DNA of 53,498 nt, from the IMG/VR virus record IMGVR_UViG_3300046820_000692, positions 1-53,498 of that record. One strand, given 5' to 3'. This document shows positions 20,252 to 31,353 of the stretch, piece after piece (within the stretch, counting starts at the first letter, position 1; each line of letters begins with the position of its first letter). The DNA is from a virus. Taxonomy: Duplodnaviria > Caudoviricetes. The notes beneath the pieces are model-generated. The model was not told the origin of the DNA and made no database searches. It saw only the letters and a program-made list of their open reading frames with translations. Both the position numbers and the translations under genes were made by a program.

Positions 20252-22588
20252 TTAGAATTCTACCAAAGGAAGACCAAAGTTTGCTTTGCTTGGGTCTTTT
20301 CCTACAGCATTTACAAGTTGCTTCATGTACGGCTCATTCATCTTCATTTTTTTAGGGGCAACTATATCCTTTCCATTAGCATCTTTTCCTATAACAACTG
20401 AAGCACTATTTGGGCCGGCTGTGCCAAATGGATTTCCATTAACATCAGTTATAGTTAAATATGAATCTCCATATGTATCTCCAGCTTCTACTGTAAGAGT
20501 GTAAGGTTTTTGTACAAGAACTCCATTTTCGTCGGCATTTATAAAAATAGTACGTCTTGATAATTCTCCAGGTTTTGCTCCAAGGTTTATTGCATATATA
20601 GCTCCAGCTAATCTATTTTCAGGAGTGTTTAATGCTTCTATGCTACTGCTAGTAATTCTTCTACCATCCATTTTAACAGTTTTAGCATTTTTACCTTTAG
20701 AATCTACCATGTTAATTTCAAATATTTTAGATGTTGGATCGTAACCAACACTTGACACTTTGTAATCTTCATAATCAGATCCAACTTTTTGCTCTACTCC
20801 ATCTTCCGTAACTTCTGTTACTTGGTCAGAAGCTCTTAATGGTTTGCCTACAAAGTATTGGTCAATAGATTTTCTAATTATTACCCCCTCTTGCACGGTA
20901 GCAGCAGGGATTACTCCATATTCAAACGGAGTAGCAACCTTAGTCTCTCCAAAGTTTTGATTAATCTTATCTCTAAACCCATTAAATGCAGCAGGAATTA
21001 ATGAAAGATCTTCTTTTCCACCTGGTACTCCTCCTGAAGGTGCTCCAATTACAGACCCTCCTCCAATTGTCAACCCTTGCATAGTGTTTCGTTTGAATTC
21101 TCCACCATGCATTTCAGTGTAAACCTTTTGGAAATCCATGTAATCTTGGTCTTTATTATTATCAAAGGTTTCTGTAAGCTTCATGTACAATTCTCCTGCA
21201 CCTGCCCAAGGATAAAGCTTTTGTAAAGCATCTACAACTTTTGGATCTGCTTTTTTAAGATCATCTACACTAAATGCTCTATCTCCTGCTCTTACAATTT
21301 GAGCTCTAATCTCATCCATTTGAGCACGGTAGCTTATTACTTTTTGTCTAGCTTCATCTTTAGATTGTTGAGATAGATTAGGCTGATTCATTATCTCTTG
21401 CTGCCTTGTCATTTCTGCATAGGCATTTTTATAATTATCAATCTTAGCAGTAAAGTTACTTCCGTAAGTATCACTAGCTGTTACATCTCCTATAACTGTT
21501 AAGTCTCCTCCTGAAGCTATTTTAGCTTCTCTATCAGCTAGATATTTAGCACTCCAACTTTCAATGTGCTCCTGCTCTACAGATCTATAAGCTTTCTTAA
21601 GACCATATTGAGTTACTGGTGCTAATAAGGCTTCTTTATATTTACCTTTAAGATATTGATGTGCAGTATTTTCATCACCAATAGTTCCTAATTGATTTAG
21701 CTCTTCTTGGTACTTGTTAATCTGCAACTGCATGGTAGCTTTATCTGACTTTGTAAAGTTGCCAGTACTCATCTGCTCAGTAAGCTTATTGATAGCTTCT
21801 TGATAAGCATTAGCTTGAGTTCCAATAACTGTTTGAAAATCACCATTTTTTCCTACTGCATTAACAGCTTTCATGTCTGCCAATTGATCTATGTAGGCTC
21901 TTACATCTGGTTCTTGATAAACAGCTTCTAATACCTCTCTAATACTTTCAGGACTGATTGTTTCAACTGTTGAACCTGTTTGAACTTCTATAGCTCCTGC
22001 TTCTCCTTCTGCCCAGTTTACTCTTTTAATTTTGTTTCCGTATTTTTCTGGGTGAAGAATCTCCAATCTTTCTTTTACAAGATCCATTAACTTAGGATCT
22101 TTTACAATGGTAGGGGCACTAAACATTGTACCTTCTTTTACCTTGGTGCCAGTTTCATCGGTTTCAAATCCTTTATATCCTTTAGTAATGTACCCAGCAC
22201 TTAATGCATATTGCTCAGAATTAATATCTCCTTTCTCATATCGTTCTTTTAATCCTGCTAACTCTGATTGATATCTAGTGTAGTTTTCTTTAATCGGGGC
22301 ATAAGCTTTAGCAAAATCTTTAGAAGCTCTATGCACAGCAAATCCAAGATTTTCATAATCTCCTTGCTCAGCTAACTTTCCTAAATTCTCTTCTAATTGT
22401 CTTTGAATTTCTTTTTTTCTTACAACATCATTTTCAAAAGGTAAAGCAGCCTGCATTTGATCTACAGCCATAGCTAGTTGATCATTTGCTTGAAAGTTTT
22501 GCATAAATCTATCTCTAAGGGTTTCAGAGATTTTAACAGATTGTGGGTCAACGTATGTACTTACATACTCTCCAAACTTATACGGCAT
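20252..22588 (-). CDS. Putative virion cargo/internal protein
   Basis: 778 aa, Cys-free, helical-looking N-terminal half; lies between the muzzle gene and the giant cargo genes as in crAss-like phages. Confidence 0.55.
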   Translation of the reverse strand: MPYKFGEYVSTYVDPQSVKISETLRDRFMQNFQANDQLAMAVDQMQAALPFENDVVRKKEIQRQLEENLGKLAEQGDYENLGFAVHRASKDFAKAYAPIKENYTRYQSELAGLKERYEKGDINSEQYALSAGYITKGYKGFETDETGTKVKEGTMFSAPTIVKDPKLMDLVKERLEILHPEKYGNKIKRVNWAEGEAGAIEVQTGSTVETISPESIREVLEAVYQEPDVRAYIDQLADMKAVNAVGKNGDFQTVIGTQANAYQEAINKLTEQMSTGNFTKSDKATMQLQINKYQEELNQLGTIGDENTAHQYLKGKYKEALLAPVTQYGLKKAYRSVEQEHIESWSAKYLADREAKIASGGDLTVIGDVTASDTYGSNFTAKIDNYKNAYAEMTRQQEIMNQPNLSQQSKDEARQKVISYRAQMDEIRAQIVRAGDRAFSVDDLKKADPKVVDALQKLYPWAGAGELYMKLTETFDNNKDQDYMDFQKVYTEMHGGEFKRNTMQGLTIGGGSVIGAPSGGVPGGKEDLSLIPAAFNGFRDKINQNFGETKVATPFEYGVIPAATVQEGVIIRKSIDQYFVGKPLRASDQVTEVTEDGVEQKVGSDYEDYKVSSVGYDPTSKIFEINMVDSKGKNAKTVKMDGRRITSSSIEALNTPENRLAGAIYAINLGAKPGELSRRTIFINADENGVLVQKPYTLTVEAGDTYGDSYLTITDVNGNPFGTAGPNSASVVIGKDANGKDIVAPKKMKMNEPYMKQLVNAVGKDPSKANFGLPLVEF

Positions 22589-22606
22589 AATTTTTAAAAT
22601 TAAATG

Positions 22607-25600
22607 TTATTTTTTTGCTTGCAATCCTCGAACATTTTTCAAGTCTCCAAGTCTTGATACATATTGTCTTGCTCCTCCCATTTTTGCTTTTGGGGTTTCT
22701 TTCTCTTTTTTAGCTTTTTCTAATTCTGCTTGAATTTTTTCATAGTCAATTCTAGATACATATCCTTCTGGGAATAGTTCTTTGCTATATTGAGCAGCCA
22801 TTTTTCTAAGCTCTGTATCGTTCATTCCATAATACGGAGATTTTTTATTTTTAGATTGCTTTCTAAGGTCTTCTAAAACTTTTAATCTTTCGTATGAATG
22901 AGTTTCATCCATAGCATTTGCTAATCTTTCAGTTGCTTTATATTTTAAATTGTCAGTTACAACTCCTGCAACACCTCTCATAGCTGCGTCTAATGCTCCT
23001 AATTTATCTTCACGGCTGTATCGACGTTCATCTTTATTAAGTTCAGTATTGAACATTTGTCTTTTCTGTTCTGTCTCAGCATTGAACATGCTAGCCTTCA
23101 TTTGGTTCTCACCTTCTTGAGCTAGTAAACCTTTGTTAGCATCTTTTTCCTGATTAGCAATTTTAAGCATTTGCTCATTTAATGCATTATTAGCTCCTTG
23201 TAAAACAGCTAATGATCCAGGACCAGCATTTTGATTGATGACTGCATTTCTCATTGCAACAGCGTTTTTAGTTGCAGCATCACGTTCTGGATTAAGATTT
23301 ACACGTGGCATCAATGATCCTTTAATTCCCGGAGTACCTGCAATAGGAGCAGCAATTTTGTAAGGATTAAGTAGAGCAGCTCCCATCGGGATCAGCTGTC
23401 CAAATCCTGCCAGCATTGCTCCATTTAAAGCTTTTCCAGGTTTATATGGAATTTTAGTATCAGTAGTATTTTGAGTAGTTTGGGTAGTAGTGCCAGCATC
23501 TACTGCAGTAGTGCCAGTATCTGTTGGAGTTGTTCCAGAAGTAGTTGCTCCACCAGTTGTAGGTTTAGCTGGATCATTCATGTATAAAGCAGCTGTTCTA
23601 GTCTGTTCTCCAAGTTTTCCATCTACCTTTAATGTAAATCCTTGTCCAACTCTTTTATTAAATTCTGTTTGGAATCTACTTACATCTGTTTTGCTTTTGG
23701 GATTAAAACCGGTAAAATCAAACCAAGGATTATTTTTAACCATTGCTTGGAAGTCAGTTTCTGAAGCTGAGCCATAGTAGCCATCTTTTTGTCTTTGACC
23801 TTGTGGTACTTTTTCAATAGCTACACTTCTTCCTTTTTGACCTTCATCAGTTTTAGTATAAAATCTATCAGTTCCAGCAGCAGTTTGTGTTCCACTAGTA
23901 GGAGTTCCTGTAGTTGTAGTTCCGGCAGCAGGAGTTCCTGTACCAGTAACTGTTTGAGATGAAACAGCTGATTGAGCTCCTGCAGGTGCATTAGATGGAG
24001 CAGTACTACTAACAATAGTTTGGCCTGCAGTAGTTACGGGACCAGCTTGAGCATTTGGAGCAGAGCCAGCAACACCAGCAGGTGCCATATATCCAGTTGA
24101 TCCAGTGGCAGTTCCCTGAGCACTAGCAACTGGTGGAGGAGTAGCTCCAGGGGGTCTACGATATTGAGCCCCATCTGGAATACTATCCATTGGTCCTGCA
24201 GCAGCTAACTCTTCATCAGTCATTAAACCTACACCTTGTTTTCTCCAAGCTTCTCTGTCGTATGCTGGTTTGCTTTTTTTAGTGCTACCTTTAGAAGGGG
24301 TTGAAGGTGCTTTGTAGTTAGGCCCAAATCCAAATTCAGATCTAATGTATCCTTCTACATCATCACCCCATCCCATAGCTCTTGCATTAGCTGCAGTGTT
24401 GTATGGATCAGATTGGCTTTGACCCTGTCCTTGACCCTGTCCTATATTGTTAAAGTATTGCTGACCTTCTCCTTGGCCTGTTGGACCAGTATATGTAGCA
24501 GAAGAACCACTTTGAGGTTGAGCACCTGAAGCCGATAATGCTGCTGCTTGTTTAATCATTGCAGGATAATTACCAAAGACATTAAAAGATTCAGTCTGAG
24601 GTTTAGCTGCAAATACGTTACCACCGTAGTTACCAACAGCTGAAGTGTTACCAGAAGGTAATGCTCTTGTCGATCCACTACTACCCGAAGGAAGAGCTTT
24701 ATCGTTTATCATGTTATACCCTAAACGAGCAGCCCCTGCAAGGCCTGAAGTAACTCCTTGAGCTATAGCTCCTGGAGCAGCAAATAAAGCTCCTTCAACT
24801 TCAGCTCCTTCTCTTTGAACACTTTGAATCTTTTGATTCATATTGTTGGGATCATAGGTCGATCCATCAGGAAATTGATAAACTTGATATCTAGACCCAC
24901 TTGGACCATTTACTGTAATAAGTTTAGCATTAGTTAAATCTGGGGCTCCAAATTTACCTACTTGTTGATAACTTCCAGATCCCGGAGTATTTTGTGGTGG
25001 ATCAGTTACTCCTCCATCAACATACTTATGGATTCCTCCATATCTAGCAATTTGCTGTGGATTACGGCCAGCCATCTTTTCTTGCATTGCTGCAAGTTGT
25101 TGAATCTCAGCTTGTGAGCCATTGCCTTTTAGAATTTCTTTATGCCTTTGGGCAAATGATTTTCCACCAAGCTTTAAGTACTTAGAGAAAATGTAATCTT
25201 TTTTATTGTTGTCTTCCATAATTACTTGATCTTCTGTTTCACCACCCTCTACCTCAATGCTTCCTTTATCTTTTATTTTTCCACCTTGTTTTTTAGCTTC
25301 TGGGAACATGCCACCTTCTTCGTGAGAACGGCCTACATATTCTACAGCATCAGTTCCCTCAATGGGAACTATTTTACCACCAGGGATATATTTAGTCCTT
25401 CTATCTTCTTGGATACTAGTTACTCCCCCAGTTCTTGCAACTTGGTAAGCATTAGTGAATAAGTTTTGAGTATCACTTCCAGCATATGCATATCCAGGAT
25501 CTGCTGATCCGAGACGAGAATTAATAAAAGCTGATTGATATGCTCCACGTTGTGCAGCTGAATCTCTTTGTAAATTTTGAGCTAATTCTGTATTAGCTTT

Positions 25601-26449
25601 ATTTTCCTTACGACCTTTAAGAGCTCCAACACCTGCTGCCACTGGAATTGCTAAAGCAGATAATCCTGATGTAGCTGCTAATACAGCTGGGTTTAAAGCT
25701 AATGGAGTTACTGTTCCTGCTGCTTTTAAAGCTTCTCCTGCTACATTACCTCTACGTTCTCTTTGATTATTGTAAAAGTCAGTTTTATCATCAGTCTTTC
25801 TTTCAGTAATCATTCCTGCAGCAGTTAATCCAATTCCTATTCCTGCAGTGGCAGCTGATGACAACCCTGCTTTAGTAGCTGTAGATGCTGCTGCTCCTAC
25901 ATCAGCAACATTTGCTGAGCCAGTAACTGCTTGACCAACAGTAGACATAGTAGGGGCTGCTTGCCCAACTACCATTTGAGTGGCAGGGGATGCAGCTGTA
26001 GAAATTGTTTGAAGACCGGCTGTAGATGCAGTAGGAGCAACAACTGCTCCTGTATTATATGCATAAGGAAGAGCATTAGTAGCTGCAACCTCTGTCATTT
26101 TAGTAACTCCTGGAGTAATTCCTGGAGCCCCTCTTCTAAAAAATCTTCCTAAGTCTCCAGTTTTTCTGTCTTCTATTCCAGCATCTAATAAACTTTGTGC
26201 TGAGTTTTTTGCAAATTGATCGTTCTGCTCTTTAACCTGCTCTTCTGCAACTCTCTTGTTCTCAAGCTCTTGCATTCTAGTTCTAGCTAGCGCATTGGTA
26301 CTTGCTTCTAATTGGTCTTGAGCTTGATTGGCTTCAACCTGTCCTAAGTAATAAGGGGTTTGTTTCATCTGTGCTACAGACCCCATATTAGAACCACCTT
26401 GAAGATACTTCTTAGGTTGATTTACTTTCTTAAGTTGTTTCTTTGCCAT
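22607..26449 (-). CDS. Putative virion cargo protein (low-complexity, membrane-like segments, putative peptidoglycan-binding motif)
   Basis: 1280 aa. Ala/Gly hydrophobic helices (AGIGIGLTAAG, LSALAIPVAAGVGAL), GRSHEEGG and EVEGGE motifs, T/G/P-rich linkers, FQTEFN...KVDGKLGEQT motif. Confidence 0.6.
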   Translation of the reverse strand: MAKKQLKKVNQPKKYLQGGSNMGSVAQMKQTPYYLGQVEANQAQDQLEASTNALARTRMQELENKRVAEEQVKEQNDQFAKNSAQSLLDAGIEDRKTGDLGRFFRRGAPGITPGVTKMTEVAATNALPYAYNTGAVVAPTASTAGLQTISTAASPATQMVVGQAAPTMSTVGQAVTGSANVADVGAAASTATKAGLSSAATAGIGIGLTAAGMITERKTDDKTDFYNNQRERRGNVAGEALKAAGTVTPLALNPAVLAATSGLSALAIPVAAGVGALKGRKENKANTELAQNLQRDSAAQRGAYQSAFINSRLGSADPGYAYAGSDTQNLFTNAYQVARTGGVTSIQEDRRTKYIPGGKIVPIEGTDAVEYVGRSHEEGGMFPEAKKQGGKIKDKGSIEVEGGETEDQVIMEDNNKKDYIFSKYLKLGGKSFAQRHKEILKGNGSQAEIQQLAAMQEKMAGRNPQQIARYGGIHKYVDGGVTDPPQNTPGSGSYQQVGKFGAPDLTNAKLITVNGPSGSRYQVYQFPDGSTYDPNNMNQKIQSVQREGAEVEGALFAAPGAIAQGVTSGLAGAARLGYNMINDKALPSGSSGSTRALPSGNTSAVGNYGGNVFAAKPQTESFNVFGNYPAMIKQAAALSASGAQPQSGSSATYTGPTGQGEGQQYFNNIGQGQGQGQSQSDPYNTAANARAMGWGDDVEGYIRSEFGFGPNYKAPSTPSKGSTKKSKPAYDREAWRKQGVGLMTDEELAAAGPMDSIPDGAQYRRPPGATPPPVASAQGTATGSTGYMAPAGVAGSAPNAQAGPVTTAGQTIVSSTAPSNAPAGAQSAVSSQTVTGTGTPAAGTTTTGTPTSGTQTAAGTDRFYTKTDEGQKGRSVAIEKVPQGQRQKDGYYGSASETDFQAMVKNNPWFDFTGFNPKSKTDVSRFQTEFNKRVGQGFTLKVDGKLGEQTRTAALYMNDPAKPTTGGATTSGTTPTDTGTTAVDAGTTTQTTQNTTDTKIPYKPGKALNGAMLAGFGQLIPMGAALLNPYKIAAPIAGTPGIKGSLMPRVNLNPERDAATKNAVAMRNAVINQNAGPGSLAVLQGANNALNEQMLKIANQEKDANKGLLAQEGENQMKASMFNAETEQKRQMFNTELNKDERRYSREDKLGALDAAMRGVAGVVTDNLKYKATERLANAMDETHSYERLKVLEDLRKQSKNKKSPYYGMNDTELRKMAAQYSKELFPEGYVSRIDYEKIQAELEKAKKEKETPKAKMGGARQYVSRLGDLKNVRGLQAKK

Positions 26450-26454
26450 AGTGG

Positions 26455-29400
26455 TTATCGGTTAGAGATTCTGTAAGCAGCTTTAGCCGTATACAAATTT
26501 ATCAAATTTTTAGCTTGGTTGTTAGAAATTAAACGGATTCCTAAGAATTTGTCTACAAACTTTCTTTGCTCATACCAAGGCTTGTTAGCATCTAAGTAAT
26601 TAGGGTTAAGAACACCTTCAGATAAGAACATAGTTTCTGTACTTGAAGTTGTGTACGTTCCAGTGTACAAATTTCCTTGGACATTGATTTGGCCTTGTAC
26701 AAGATTAGTATTAAAACTAATTGCAGATAAGTCACGGAAAGCATTAGTAACCCAAGAGTTATCGACCTTACGAATGTTTGATAAGTAAGAGAAAACTACT
26801 TCCCCTGAGTTTTGAGTTGTGTTGTAAACGTAGAAGCTTGTAAATCCAGTATCAAATCTATTGTCGAACTGACGTAAACTTGTTGCTTCTTTTTTGAATA
26901 TGTCTGCAACGTATGAAATAGAAGTGAAGATTTTGTTTACAGCCTTAGTCGAAGAAACAGCACCTGTAGTAGTTGTAGTAGTCTCTCCAGTATATATAAA
27001 CTCAAATTCAAAGTTAGAAAGCTGACCGTAAAAATTACCAGGGTTACTGTAATTATCGTGTACATAAATATCTTGACCATTTTCCGGGTCAAAGCTGAAT
27101 AGATCATGTGAATTGAATGCATACAATGGTGGTATGTATGAGTGACGACTAGCCCATACTGTGAAGTCGTTAGAAAATGATAATGTCCAGCCACCTTTTT
27201 GGAAGTAGTTTCCTTCAACAATTCCAATAGTCTTTGTAGTTTTCTTATCAATGAAACTATTAGTAGCTGCATTATAATAAATATTTCCACTGTTAAACTG
27301 ATTTATAAATAATGTTGTCGGTACTAATTCTCGTTTAGTTACCAATGTACGTTTGAACAATGGGTCATATGTCACTAAAAATCCAAATCTTCCTGTAGGA
27401 GCATCTAAATTAATGTCTGTGTCATCTAGGTCTACTCCATATCCTTCTAAAGCAAATGGAATAAAATCACGGCTCCAAGTTCCTAATCCTATATCACTAA
27501 GCTCTAAAGGCTTTTGATTCATTAAGAATATTTTACGAGACTTTCTTGATACAAATACATAGCCATCTTTAGTTACTAACGATCCTAATTTATTGTAACT
27601 TCCAAAGTGACCTTCCAAAGACTGAATGATTTCATCAGGCTCTTGAGCAAATAAGTCTCCAGATCCAATGTAAGCTTGAGTAGTATCTCCAAGTTCCATT
27701 GTTTGCTTCCCTTTAGTTCTGAATAAACTCCTTTCTGTGTGTATCCACAACAAGCTGTTCATTGCAAAGACATTGGTAATCTGCCCCTTGTTTTGAGCAA
27801 AGTCTTTATATTCTAATGCTAAGAAGTAATGGTAAGTATCATTAAAGTTACCGTCTTGTATGTTAGATCTAATTACACGATTAGGGTAAAGGTTTGTAGA
27901 TCTTTCTTTTTTAGGGAATGGAACTGTAACTCTTTTATCTTGTAAAGCAGAATACTGATCTTCATAAAGAAGATTGTCCATTTTAGTTAAATCGTAAAGT
28001 GGAGATTTGTAAAGTACATCTGCTGCAGTAAACTTATCAAAGTAAACTGAAGCTGCTGGACTTACTCCCTTCTCTACATCTCCACAGTGACGGAAGTTGA
28101 TGTTGTCATCCGATTCTACCATAAATTGATAGAGAGTTGTATCTGGATTCACATTTCCTCTTTGCCAGTTATTTACCTGTGCAATTGTAGCTTCTCTTTG
28201 CTCTTCATTACCATCTTCTAAAACAGGCTCATCACCAGTTCTACCAGTAAATATATTGAAAGGAATGTCTCCGTAAATTGAATTAATAAAATCTCCAGGC
28301 TCTTGGTTAACCCCTTTTTTAAAGTAAGTCAGTGCAAAACTTTGAGCAGTAGTTCTATATCCGTATCTTACGATATAAGTATCTCCTCCAAATATGTCAT
28401 CACTACTTGCACCTACGTAAAAGTTTTTACCTGTTACAGAATCAACTCCTGTTTCTGTATTTACATTTAGCAACGATTCATAGTAACCGGTTGATACAAG
28501 TTGTTGTTGATCGAATGGTTCAAAGACATCTGTCTTAGCAGAGCATAAGTTTGCTAAGTAAACATTAGGACGGCCATAAGCAATAGGAACTTTAGATATA
28601 AATGAATTATCTAGTGTATTCCAAAGATCTTCATAGTACCCATACAACACAGGCAAGCCGGAAGTAAGCCCTATTGTAATATTACTTTCCCCACTATTAT
28701 TAACAATGTAGCTAGCACCTTTAAATCCAGTTGCAGATATGTTTTTGAGGAACGTAAGTCCTTGTACATATGTTGCACTTTCAGGGGCGACAGTAAATAT
28801 TGTTTGTAAGTTTGATAGTAGCTCTTGGTTTGGAAAAGATTTAGCATCTACTCCAGTAGTTCCTGGTACACTGTATTGAGCTCCAATTAAAATATTACCC
28901 TTCATTGCAGTAGGACCCCAAACATCATAATCAGAAGCTGCTGGGTCTGGTTGGTCAAAGTTAATTGTATTCCCTAAATCAGGGTGAATCCAAGCATGTT
29001 CATCGTCTCCGTGACCTGCTCTGAATGTAGCAAATACATCCCCATATCCAGGAATGTCTTGCAATTGAGCTCCTTTATATCTTCCCTCCCAGTTTTGCAT
29101 AGTTACTACATACTGCAGATCTACGTGAGTAACTGTAGCTAGTGTATGCTTTTTACGAAGAAGATTGAAATCATGGAATTTAAATACAGAATGTGATACA
29201 TAGTCTATATCTATCCACAAAGCATCTTTTTGAGTTAAACCTCCTTTTTGTGGAGAACCTGTTAAATACCAAAGGTTAAAGAATGGGCCTTTACTAGCAT
29301 CTACTGTATTTTGTGAAAGATTACCAGCAAGTATAGCAGTAGCTGGATGCAGCCCACTTTGGCCTATGATAGTTTTATTTCCTTGAGTTCTTTTTGCATA

Positions 29401-31341
29401 GTACACTTTATATCCTTGTACTTGCTCTAAGATGAACTTGGGGATGTTGATATTTCTTAACTTAATCCCTAGAATTCTTACTTGTTCTTCAAAGGCTATT
29501 TCTCCATTATTATTGGTGTCAAATGCAATTCCAGGACTAGAGAAATCTTGGTTTCTAACAACATAAGAGAAGTAGTCATTGTGGTTAGATGGCATCTTAT
29601 GATGTCTAACATTTAACCCTCTTAATGATCCTGTTTGAACTGGATTACCTAACGAGTCTGATTCCCATGTATCAAAGTCATCTGTGTTAGGGTAGACCTC
29701 ATTTTGGTTCTCCCAATATCCAGTTGTACTCATTATTGCAGGAAATACAGAAGTATCTAAGTATTGGTAGATTCTAGCATTTGAATCTGCAGCCATTACT
29801 TCACCTGCATTAAATCCTATTGTAGATGGGTTAGAAGGGAATCCAAGATTTTCATAAACCTCTCTTCCAGGAATTATTGATTTAAAGTTTCTCCCTGGGA
29901 TGTGATAAGCAAATGTTTCTCCACCATCTCTTAAAACAAATGAGATGTAAAAAGAATATACTTCTCCTCTACGATAAGTTTTCTTTTTAAATAACAATTC
30001 TTCTACATCTCTATAACCTTTACTTGTATTTTCTTGTACAGGTCTTATTACAGAATCTATATAAGGGTATATTCTACCTAATTGGTAGCCATCAGGATTA
30101 ATGATTTTTGTATAACCTTCATTAAGGTTAAATATGTCGTATTTTCTAGGATCAAATGGAGTGTCAATTAATTCTGCTACAGCATCTAATTGAATACTAT
30201 TTGCAAATCTTTGAAACCCTAAATCTTTACGTGCAGTTAAATTAGCTGCATACATTCTATTATCTAATTGAGTAATAGCTTTTGCAGTTAAGTATTTAAC
30301 TTTATCAATTACTGCTTCTTGAACAGATGATTGAGCAGCGTTTTCTAATCCACTGTATACAACTTCTACTTCATTTGGAAGCAAGTTACCAACAGCTTGT
30401 GTATTTACTTCTACTGGTTCCAGTTTATATGCAAATTCTGCTTCCCCGATTCTTTGGATAATGTATGGTACTACGTATCTGTAGTCAGAATTTACATTAT
30501 ATAAAGTCCATCGAATTGACTTATTAGTTTGAAACTCATTAGGAGATCCACTGATGATTTCTCTGGGGATTGTGTCTTCAGGGGATGGGACAATGTATAC
30601 AGGGTTTGATAAAGTGAGAACATTAGTCTCTGTAAAGTCTTTGTCTGCATAAGCTATTCCTAAAAAATAAGTTCCACTTTCTACTCCACCACCTTGTAGG
30701 ATCTTAACTGATTTGAATTCAGGGATTCTTCCAGAGTCTAAGAATAAATTAAGTGTTGAAATATTAAAAGATGTGTCTGAGTAAAGCTTAGATGGCACTC
30801 CAGGAGGGGTTCCTTCTAAATATTCTAGCTGTCTAGTTACATTAAATACTCGTGGAGGATTGTACTCACTAATATATTTAATATTTGTAGCAGGCTCAGT
30901 AGTTTCTGTGTACTTGTTATCTGTAAAATAAACTATAACTTCACCTGTTGGTGAAATTCTGTACTCTCCAGTAATAGGGTACTCTAAATCAAAATTTAAA
31001 TCTCCAATTGTGCTACCAGGGTTTGTAACAAGTAATGGAGTTACAATGTTTGTAATTGGATTGACATTGAAAATAGCAGAATATGGAAATCCTGCTACTG
31101 CATTGTCTACCCCAAATATAATAAACGTGTCATCTGGAAGAGCTATTTGACCATTAGGCTCAAACGATTGAGTAAGTATTTTAAGGCTTTCAACAAAAGT
31201 ATTACCGTGCTCACTAGTAACTGCTCCTTTATCGGAGTCAATTGCTGCATTCAAAGCATCTCTATAGGTACCGTCAATCTGATCGATTCGACCGGTATCT
31301 TTATTCATTCCTTTAATAAACTTCTCTGCCTGTCCTGCCAT
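26455..31341 (-). CDS. Tail stabilisation / muzzle protein (crAss-like; P22 gp10-like)
   Basis: 1628 aa. N-terminal FIKGMNKD...YRDALN, YFTDN...NPPR, FGGDTYI, C-terminal WTLSF..W.S.HSY.P; beta-rich; lies directly upstream of the cargo genes. Confidence 0.8.
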   Translation of the reverse strand: MAGQAEKFIKGMNKDTGRIDQIDGTYRDALNAAIDSDKGAVTSEHGNTFVESLKILTQSFEPNGQIALPDDTFIIFGVDNAVAGFPYSAIFNVNPITNIVTPLLVTNPGSTIGDLNFDLEYPITGEYRISPTGEVIVYFTDNKYTETTEPATNIKYISEYNPPRVFNVTRQLEYLEGTPPGVPSKLYSDTSFNISTLNLFLDSGRIPEFKSVKILQGGGVESGTYFLGIAYADKDFTETNVLTLSNPVYIVPSPEDTIPREIISGSPNEFQTNKSIRWTLYNVNSDYRYVVPYIIQRIGEAEFAYKLEPVEVNTQAVGNLLPNEVEVVYSGLENAAQSSVQEAVIDKVKYLTAKAITQLDNRMYAANLTARKDLGFQRFANSIQLDAVAELIDTPFDPRKYDIFNLNEGYTKIINPDGYQLGRIYPYIDSVIRPVQENTSKGYRDVEELLFKKKTYRRGEVYSFYISFVLRDGGETFAYHIPGRNFKSIIPGREVYENLGFPSNPSTIGFNAGEVMAADSNARIYQYLDTSVFPAIMSTTGYWENQNEVYPNTDDFDTWESDSLGNPVQTGSLRGLNVRHHKMPSNHNDYFSYVVRNQDFSSPGIAFDTNNNGEIAFEEQVRILGIKLRNINIPKFILEQVQGYKVYYAKRTQGNKTIIGQSGLHPATAILAGNLSQNTVDASKGPFFNLWYLTGSPQKGGLTQKDALWIDIDYVSHSVFKFHDFNLLRKKHTLATVTHVDLQYVVTMQNWEGRYKGAQLQDIPGYGDVFATFRAGHGDDEHAWIHPDLGNTINFDQPDPAASDYDVWGPTAMKGNILIGAQYSVPGTTGVDAKSFPNQELLSNLQTIFTVAPESATYVQGLTFLKNISATGFKGASYIVNNSGESNITIGLTSGLPVLYGYYEDLWNTLDNSFISKVPIAYGRPNVYLANLCSAKTDVFEPFDQQQLVSTGYYESLLNVNTETGVDSVTGKNFYVGASSDDIFGGDTYIVRYGYRTTAQSFALTYFKKGVNQEPGDFINSIYGDIPFNIFTGRTGDEPVLEDGNEEQREATIAQVNNWQRGNVNPDTTLYQFMVESDDNINFRHCGDVEKGVSPAASVYFDKFTAADVLYKSPLYDLTKMDNLLYEDQYSALQDKRVTVPFPKKERSTNLYPNRVIRSNIQDGNFNDTYHYFLALEYKDFAQNKGQITNVFAMNSLLWIHTERSLFRTKGKQTMELGDTTQAYIGSGDLFAQEPDEIIQSLEGHFGSYNKLGSLVTKDGYVFVSRKSRKIFLMNQKPLELSDIGLGTWSRDFIPFALEGYGVDLDDTDINLDAPTGRFGFLVTYDPLFKRTLVTKRELVPTTLFINQFNSGNIYYNAATNSFIDKKTTKTIGIVEGNYFQKGGWTLSFSNDFTVWASRHSYIPPLYAFNSHDLFSFDPENGQDIYVHDNYSNPGNFYGQLSNFEFEFIYTGETTTTTTGAVSSTKAVNKIFTSISYVADIFKKEATSLRQFDNRFDTGFTSFYVYNTTQNSGEVVFSYLSNIRKVDNSWVTNAFRDLSAISFNTNLVQGQINVQGNLYTGTYTTSSTETMFLSEGVLNPNYLDANKPWYEQRKFVDKFLGIRLISNNQAKNLINLYTAKAAYRISNR

Positions 31342-31353
31342 TGCTCTTAATTA

